Assembly (NCBI GenBank): GCA_964352775.1
Contig: CAYGTK010000006.1
Span: 1-55,117, forward strand
Source: an uncultured Chitinophagaceae bacterium
GTDB taxonomy: Bacteria; Bacteroidota; Bacteroidia; Chitinophagales; CAIOSU01
Direction: 5' to 3'
DNA length: 55,117 nt
Shown: positions 49,411-55,117 of the stretch, piece after piece
Layout of the letters: each line of letters opens with the position of its first letter
Numbering within the stretch: position 1 is the first letter of the stretch
Position numbers and translations under genes: made by a program
Notes under the pieces: model-generated
Database searches by the model: none
Seen by the model: the letters and a program-made list of their open reading frames with translations, nothing else
Told to the model about the DNA's origin: nothing

Positions 49411-49444
49411 TTGAATAAGCAGGGTAAAAGAACTACTTTGAACT

Positions 49445-50530
49445 ATGCAAATGGCTGAAAAACAGATGAAAACGAGCTTAACAACTGAACAAGGAAGGTT
49501 AGCATGGCGGTCGCCCTCAAACATAGCATTGGTAAAGTATTGGGGTAAGGTAGGCCATCAAATACCAGCCAACCCATCTATTAGTTTTACCCTAAAAAAT
49601 GCACATACCAATACCGAGTTCATTTATAAGAAAAAGGAAACTCCTAACGAAAGCATAAATATCGATTTCTACTTTGAAGGAGAACACAAACCCGATTTTG
49701 CTGCCAAGATAGAGAAGTTCTTGACTTCTCTCTCAAAGGTAGAAATGCCCTTTTTAACTGACTACAACTTCGAAATACGCTCTGATAATTCCTTTCCACA
49801 CTCTTCAGGTATAGCCTCTTCAGCCTCTAGTATGAGTGCTTTGGCACTTTGCTTATGTGACATGGAACTGGCTATTCAAGAAAAAGAGAAGGATGAACTA
49901 AGCTATAGAAAAAGAGCATCGCACATAGCTCGCTTGGGCTCTGGTAGCGCTGCACGTTCGGTTTATGGTGGATTAGCCGCTTGGGGCGAAACGAAAGCCA
50001 TTGAAGGAACTGATAATACTTTCGCCTTACCTTTTGAGGAAGCCGATGAGGTGTTCCACTCCTTTTACGACGCTATTTTAATAATAAGCGAAGGCGAGAA
50101 AGCCGTATCGAGCCGAGCAGGCCATGGGTTAATGAATAACAACCCATTTGCTGCTCCACGTTATGCTCAGGCCAATGAAAATATGCTTTTGCTAACCGAA
50201 GCATTAAAAAAAGGTGACCTAGCTACCTTCGGGGAGATAGTAGAGCAGGAAGCCTTGGCACTGCACGCTTTGATGATGGTGTCGAAACCATCATACGTGC
50301 TTTTTAAGGCCGAAACATGGCACATTATTGAGGCCATCAGAACTTTTAGGGCCGAAACTGGTTATCACCTGTACTTTACATTGGATGCGGGGCCAAATGT
50401 ACATATGCTGTACCCTGCAGCCATTAAGGCGGAGGTGGAAACCTTCATTAACGAAAAATTGGTCGTATTTTTGCAAAACGGTCGGTGGATTGCCGATCAA
50501 GTTGGAGAAGGGCCAGAACGAATGCTATGA
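49445..50530 (+). CDS. mvaD: Diphosphomevalonate decarboxylase
   Basis: SNIALVKYWGK, FPHSSGIASSAS, RLGSGSA.RS and FTLDAGPNVH. Confidence 0.94.
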   Translation: MQMAEKQMKTSLTTEQGRLAWRSPSNIALVKYWGKVGHQIPANPSISFTLKNAHTNTEFIYKKKETPNESINIDFYFEGEHKPDFAAKIEKFLTSLSKVEMPFLTDYNFEIRSDNSFPHSSGIASSASSMSALALCLCDMELAIQEKEKDELSYRKRASHIARLGSGSAARSVYGGLAAWGETKAIEGTDNTFALPFEEADEVFHSFYDAILIISEGEKAVSSRAGHGLMNNNPFAAPRYAQANENMLLLTEALKKGDLATFGEIVEQEALALHALMMVSKPSYVLFKAETWHIIEAIRTFRAETGYHLYFTLDAGPNVHMLYPAAIKAEVETFINEKLVVFLQNGRWIADQVGEGPERML

Positions 50531-51486
50531 AAACCAGCATGTTAAACGATAACGAAGCTACTTTCCGTTCAAAAATACTTTTGTTCGGGGAATACGCTAT
50601 CATCCAAGATTCTATGGGACTATCAGTACCATATGATTCTTATGAGGGTAAACTCACCTTCGAGAAAGAGGTGGATGATGAGGTTATCAAAGAATCCAAC
50701 AAAGAACTTCGCAAGTATTACAACTTTCTAAAAAAGCTTCAAGACAACGGGGAACTGCTCGCCGAGCTAGATCTTAAACGCTTGAACGCTGATATGAAAA
50801 AAGGCTTGTTCTTCGACTCTAGCATACCGCAAGGTTACGGAGTAGGAAGTTCAGGAGCTATCGTGGCAGCTATTTATGATAAGTATGCTGTTAGCCGTAT
50901 TTCTTCTGACAACATCACTTCTAAGAAGCTAATAGAGCTCAAGAAGATATTCGGTCAAATGGAATCTTACCATCACGGTAAGAGTTCGGGCATGGACCCA
51001 TTGATTTGTTACTTGAACCTCCCTGTTCTTATTCAGTCAAAAGGAAGTATCGGTACGGTTGATCTTCCCAAGTTGAAGAAACAAGGGCCAGGTGCTATTT
51101 TCTTATTGAATACAGGTGCTCCTGGAAAAACTCAGCCTTTGGTAGAGCTTTTCATGGACAAGTGCACACAGCACGAGTTTTTGGACTTAATGCGAGAGAA
51201 CTTCATTCCTTACAACGACAACTCTATCAAGGCCTTCCTCAAAGGCGAGACTAAGACTTTGTTCCATAACTTATACTTCTTGTCTAAATTCTTGTTAGAC
51301 AACTTATCACCAATGATCCCTCAGTTCGTCCATGATATTTGGAAGAAGGGATTAGATAGCGGCACCTACTACCTTAAGCTTTGTGGCTCAGGTGGTGGTG
51401 GTTTCATACTAGGCTTCACCGAAGATTTCGAGAAGACTCAAAAGTTGTTGAAAGACCACGATCTGCAGGTTATTCGCCGCTTCTAA
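50527..51486 (+). CDS. mvk: Mevalonate kinase
   Basis: KILLFGEY, IPQGYGVGSSGA, HGKSSGMDP and KLCGSGGGG. ATGA overlap with mvaD. Confidence 0.88.
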   Translation: MKTSMLNDNEATFRSKILLFGEYAIIQDSMGLSVPYDSYEGKLTFEKEVDDEVIKESNKELRKYYNFLKKLQDNGELLAELDLKRLNADMKKGLFFDSSIPQGYGVGSSGAIVAAIYDKYAVSRISSDNITSKKLIELKKIFGQMESYHHGKSSGMDPLICYLNLPVLIQSKGSIGTVDLPKLKKQGPGAIFLLNTGAPGKTQPLVELFMDKCTQHEFLDLMRENFIPYNDNSIKAFLKGETKTLFHNLYFLSKFLLDNLSPMIPQFVHDIWKKGLDSGTYYLKLCGSGGGGFILGFTEDFEKTQKLLKDHDLQVIRRF

Positions 51487-51513
51487 GCAATTCCATTTAT
51501 ATTAGCTTTCACT

Positions 51514-52536
51514 ATGAAAGCACAAGTACTGGTTAAAAACGGCCCTTCTGATAAGGCATTTGAGTTGCAAGAACTCCCTACGCCATCTCCAAAACCAAAT
51601 GAGGTACTAGTAAAGTCCGAAGCTTTTGGGCTTAACTTTGCTGATGTAATGGCTCGTTTGGGTCACTATCAAGACTGCCCGCCATTACCAGCCGTAATAG
51701 GTTATGAGAATGTTGGGCGAGTGGTAGAGTTCGGTAGCGAAGTAAAGCACGTTAACGTAGGCGACCGGGTAGTAGCATTTACCCGATTTGGGGGCTATGC
51801 TGACCATGTAGTTGCAGAAGGGGCAGGAGTTGCTAAAATACCAGAAGACATGCCTACGGGCGTAGCAGCAGCCTTAGCCACGCAATATGTAACCGCTTGG
51901 CATGCAGCGGAAGAAGTAGTTCGTTTGCATTCCTTCGATAACATACTGATACATGCAGCAGCAGGTGGAGTAGGTACTGCATTAATACAACTGGCTAAGC
52001 GACACGGCTGTACCATATTCGGAACAGCAGGCTCACCTGAAAAATTGGAGTACTTACGCGAGCAAGGCGTACATCACCCCATCAACTACCGAAAAGAGAA
52101 TTACGAGGATGCCATCAAGAAATTAGGCTACGCTGGAAAAATAGATGTAACCTTCAACCCGATCGGTGGTGACTACGTTAAAAAAGACCACTCCGTATTA
52201 GCAAAAGGCGGACGAATGGTGCTTTACGGCGCATCTAAAATGACGGAGACCAATAAAAACCCACTAAAAATGCTAAGCGTAGCATGGGGATTTGGTATCT
52301 GGAGCCCAATACAGTTAGTCACTAATTCGCAGTCCATTATCGGCATAAACATGTTGCGGATAGCCGACAACAAGAAAGAACACCTAAAGCACGATTTAGA
52401 AAGCGTAATTGCCCTAGCCGAAAAAGGAGAAATAGCACCACACGTTGGTAAGGTATTCAAAGCAGAACAGCTAGCCGAAGCCCACGACTACATGGAATCC
52501 AGAAAGTCAGTAGGGAAGATAGTAGTTGAGTGGTAG
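51514..52536 (+). CDS. MDR-family NADPH:quinone oxidoreductase (VAT-1-like)
   Basis: GLNFAD..AR.G.Y, LIHAAAGGVG and RKSVGKIV. Confidence 0.9.
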   Translation: MKAQVLVKNGPSDKAFELQELPTPSPKPNEVLVKSEAFGLNFADVMARLGHYQDCPPLPAVIGYENVGRVVEFGSEVKHVNVGDRVVAFTRFGGYADHVVAEGAGVAKIPEDMPTGVAAALATQYVTAWHAAEEVVRLHSFDNILIHAAAGGVGTALIQLAKRHGCTIFGTAGSPEKLEYLREQGVHHPINYRKENYEDAIKKLGYAGKIDVTFNPIGGDYVKKDHSVLAKGGRMVLYGASKMTETNKNPLKMLSVAWGFGIWSPIQLVTNSQSIIGINMLRIADNKKEHLKHDLESVIALAEKGEIAPHVGKVFKAEQLAEAHDYMESRKSVGKIVVEW

Positions 52537-52591
52537 AACCTACGGTCAGTTCACTAAGTAAGGTTTAAACGCATTTCACATAAAACCAGAA

Positions 52592-52689
52592 GCGCTAGCC
52601 CGCTAAAAAGCGCAGCCAAAGCCATTGCGGCCTAGCGCATTTTTTTAGCTTGATTTTTTGGCTTCGTTTTTCATCAAGGAAAAAGGAAG
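52592..52689 (+). terminator. Hairpin with T-tract followed by a second palindromic repeat-like element
   Basis: gcgctagcccgc (52592-52603)/gcggcctagcgc (52627-52638) followed by T7. Then cttcgtttttc/gaaaaaggaag (52662-52689). Confidence 0.55.
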
Positions 52690-52832
52690 AGGTAATCGAA
52701 TGTTCCAACGTAAAGCGCAACTTAACTAAGGATAATGATCTCTCCCTTTGAGAAAGCCTTTTGATCACTACAAGCCATCCTTAACCTACTTTCCTTAGCT
52801 TTGCGCCAACAAACCAAGGCAATGCCTGTTTT

Positions 52833-54503
52833 ATGGACATGACTCCAAATTACGATCGACAACTTTCCACACATCATCGTGCCGAGTTACTCCAAAGTTT
52901 TGAAACAGAAGAATATGACCTACTGGTTATTGGTGGGGGTATTACGGGTGCAGGTATAGCGTTAGATGCTGCTTCGCGAGGACTGAAAGTGGCCTTGGTA
53001 GAAAAGAAAGATTTCGGCTGGGGAACCAGTAGTAGAAGCACCAAACTCATTCACGGAGGGCTTCGTTACCTTAAGCAATTAGAGATAAAACTAGTCCGTG
53101 AAGTTGGGCAAGAACGAGCTACTCTTCATAAGAATGCACCCCACTTAGTTATTCCAGAAAACATGCTGCTTCCTCTAGTAGAGGGTGGTTCATTAGGTAA
53201 ATACTCTTCCTCTCTTGGCTTGTATGTATACGACTGGCTAGCTGGCGTTAAGCGGGACGAACGTAGACGTATGTTGTCAAAAGACGAAACCACGGCTATG
53301 GAACCGCTACTGCGCGATGATATTCTAGTGGGTGGCGGTTTATACAAAGAATACCGTACAGATGATGCTCGGCTAGTAGCAGAGGTAATGAAATCGGCCA
53401 CTTGGTATGGGGCTGATTGTTTGAATTATGTGGAAGTTACAGGCTTTGAATACCAAGATGGAAAAGTGAATAAAACGCTCTTGAAAGACAACCTCAGCGG
53501 AAAGGAACTTACCATTAAAAGTAAAAAGATAATTAACGCCGCAGGGCCTTGGGTAGATGCGGTAAGGAAGCTAGACGGCGAGCAACTAAAAGGCAAACGA
53601 CTACACCTCACTAAAGGGGTTCACTTGGTGGTAGATAGAGAGAAATTCCCACTAAAGCAGGCGGTGTATTTTGATGTGCATGATGGTAGAATGATGTTCT
53701 GCATACCGCGTGGAAAGGTGACCTACATTGGCACTACCGATACCAATTACCAAAAGGATATTGACGACCCACAAACCTCTAAAGCAGACCTAGATTATTT
53801 GCTGAAGGCGGTGAGCTATATGTTCCCCGATGTGCAGTTGAATCAAGAGGATGTAACCTCCAGCTGGTCGGGCCTTCGCCCATTGATACACGAAGAGGGT
53901 AAAGACCCGTCAGAGCTGTCCCGTAAGGATGAGATATTCTTCGGAAAGTCGGGCATTGTGTCCATAGCAGGAGGTAAGCTAACGGGGTTCCGTATGATGG
54001 CTAAGCGGGTGGTAGATATTATTACCAAGCAATTAGAGAAAGAAGAAGACTTAGATATTCCTGATAGCAAAACAGAAGATATAGTCCTTTCAGGAGGAAA
54101 CTTTACCGAGACCCTTCCAGAATTAAAAGAGCGACTTTTCGGCGAAGCCAGACAAATAGAAGCATCATCGGCCACTATTAACGACTTGGTAAACAAGTAT
54201 GGCAAGAATGCAGAAACCATTATTGAGTATGCCTACGAGCTGCACAAAACATTTACCGACCCACACGAACGACTACTAGCTGCCGAAGTGAAATATACCA
54301 TCGAGCACGAGATGGTAGCATCGCTTCCCGACTTCTTGATACGTAGAACAGGCAGACTTTACTTCGACCGACCAAATATTGAACAAGACCTTCCTATACT
54401 TGATAAACTCTTCACTCATTTCTTACCAAACTTAGCCGCTAAACAAGCTGAGCTGAAAAAGGAATTTGAAGAAGAATATCAGGAAGTAATAACCTTTGAA
54501 TAA
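52833..54503 (+). CDS. glpD: FAD-dependent glycerol-3-phosphate dehydrogenase/oxidase
   Basis: IGGGITGAG, GTSSRSTKLIHGGLRYL, DDARL, NAAGPW, WSGLRPL and GGKLT. Upstream TAGCTTTG at 52796. Confidence 0.96.
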   Translation: MDMTPNYDRQLSTHHRAELLQSFETEEYDLLVIGGGITGAGIALDAASRGLKVALVEKKDFGWGTSSRSTKLIHGGLRYLKQLEIKLVREVGQERATLHKNAPHLVIPENMLLPLVEGGSLGKYSSSLGLYVYDWLAGVKRDERRRMLSKDETTAMEPLLRDDILVGGGLYKEYRTDDARLVAEVMKSATWYGADCLNYVEVTGFEYQDGKVNKTLLKDNLSGKELTIKSKKIINAAGPWVDAVRKLDGEQLKGKRLHLTKGVHLVVDREKFPLKQAVYFDVHDGRMMFCIPRGKVTYIGTTDTNYQKDIDDPQTSKADLDYLLKAVSYMFPDVQLNQEDVTSSWSGLRPLIHEEGKDPSELSRKDEIFFGKSGIVSIAGGKLTGFRMMAKRVVDIITKQLEKEEDLDIPDSKTEDIVLSGGNFTETLPELKERLFGEARQIEASSATINDLVNKYGKNAETIIEYAYELHKTFTDPHERLLAAEVKYTIEHEMVASLPDFLIRRTGRLYFDRPNIEQDLPILDKLFTHFLPNLAAKQAELKKEFEEEYQEVITFE

Positions 54504-54512
54504 CCCCCCACC

Positions 54513-54947
54513 ATGAACGTTTACTTAGCAGGAGAAATACACAGCAACTGGCGCGAAGAGATAATTAAAGGCGCAGAGGAAAAAGGACTAGACATCAACT
54601 TCTTCACCCCAGAAACTACGCACGCGCTAAGCGACGATGCAGGGGATGTATTGGGCGCAGAGGAAAATCCATTTTGGAAAGACCACAAATCAGCCAAAAT
54701 AAACAGTATCCGTATTCACAATGGTCTTAAGCAGTCTGACTTAGTAATAGTGAAATTTGGAGAGAAGTACCGCCAATGGAATGCCGCTTTTGATGCTGGC
54801 TATGCTGCTGCCTTGGATATACCGTATATCGTTATCCACCCCGAAGAATTCCGCCATGCCTTGAAGGAAGTGGATGCAGGTGCAAAAGCCATCGCCGAGA
54901 ATCAAGAACAGGTTATAGAAATACTAGCCTACTTAGATCGCCCTTAA
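54513..54947 (+). CDS. ytoQ: YtoQ family protein (nucleoside 2-deoxyribosyltransferase-like)
   Basis: VYLAGEIHSNWR, FGEKYRQWNAAFDAG and HALKEVD. Confidence 0.9.
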   Translation: MNVYLAGEIHSNWREEIIKGAEEKGLDINFFTPETTHALSDDAGDVLGAEENPFWKDHKSAKINSIRIHNGLKQSDLVIVKFGEKYRQWNAAFDAGYAAALDIPYIVIHPEEFRHALKEVDAGAKAIAENQEQVIEILAYLDRP

Positions 54948-55117
54948 GCCGAAGCCCGTTCCAATCTATCATTTATAGCTCTGCCGATACCTTTATTGGG
55001 TACGCGCTCTGCTAAAATGTAGTCTATCTTCAACTTGTCAAATTCGTGTAGGTAAGCGAACACATTGTGGGCAGCCTCCACCAAGTCGCCAGTTGGGGAA
55101 AGGATACGATGTGGCAC
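54944..55117 (-). CDS. sua5: L-threonylcarbamoyladenylate synthase, Sua5 C-terminal end (partial)
   Basis: Hand translation: ...LSPTGDLVEAAHNVFAYLHEFDKLKIDYILAERVPNKGIGRAINDRLERASA*. Confidence 0.85.
   Translation of the reverse strand: MPHRILSPTGDLVEAAHNVFAYLHEFDKLKIDYILAERVPNKGIGRAINDRLERASA

Overview
Bacteroidota chromosomal window, judged from T9SS genes, TAnnTTTG promoters and the Bacteroidota-type mevalonate cluster. All calls come from reading the sequence by eye; no database searches were run. The strongest signal is at the left end: a complete IS110 element (332-1546) inserted into a palindromic REP-like repeat. Its non-coding end holds a two-loop bridge RNA whose four guide segments match the reconstructed target and donor sites (core GC), and a promoter forms only on the excised circle. 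The second major signal is a locus at 17.2-27.6 kb with two tandem [collagen fibre protein + small secreted protein] pairs, a type-B-CTD T9SS cargo, a PorP/SprF barrel, a PorE-like OmpA protein and an S74-chaperone tail-fibre protein, which suggests an undescribed T9SS-anchored fibre system. The window also holds an apbE-DUF4266-DUF3570 cluster, a GH36 enzyme, a LytS/LytTR pair, thiL, an RND pump with a LytTR-like upstream repeat, lhgO, two more type-B T9SS cargos, a five-gene mevalonate operon, glpD, ytoQ and the end of sua5. Two small genes carry an in-frame TAA followed by a plausible C-terminus.
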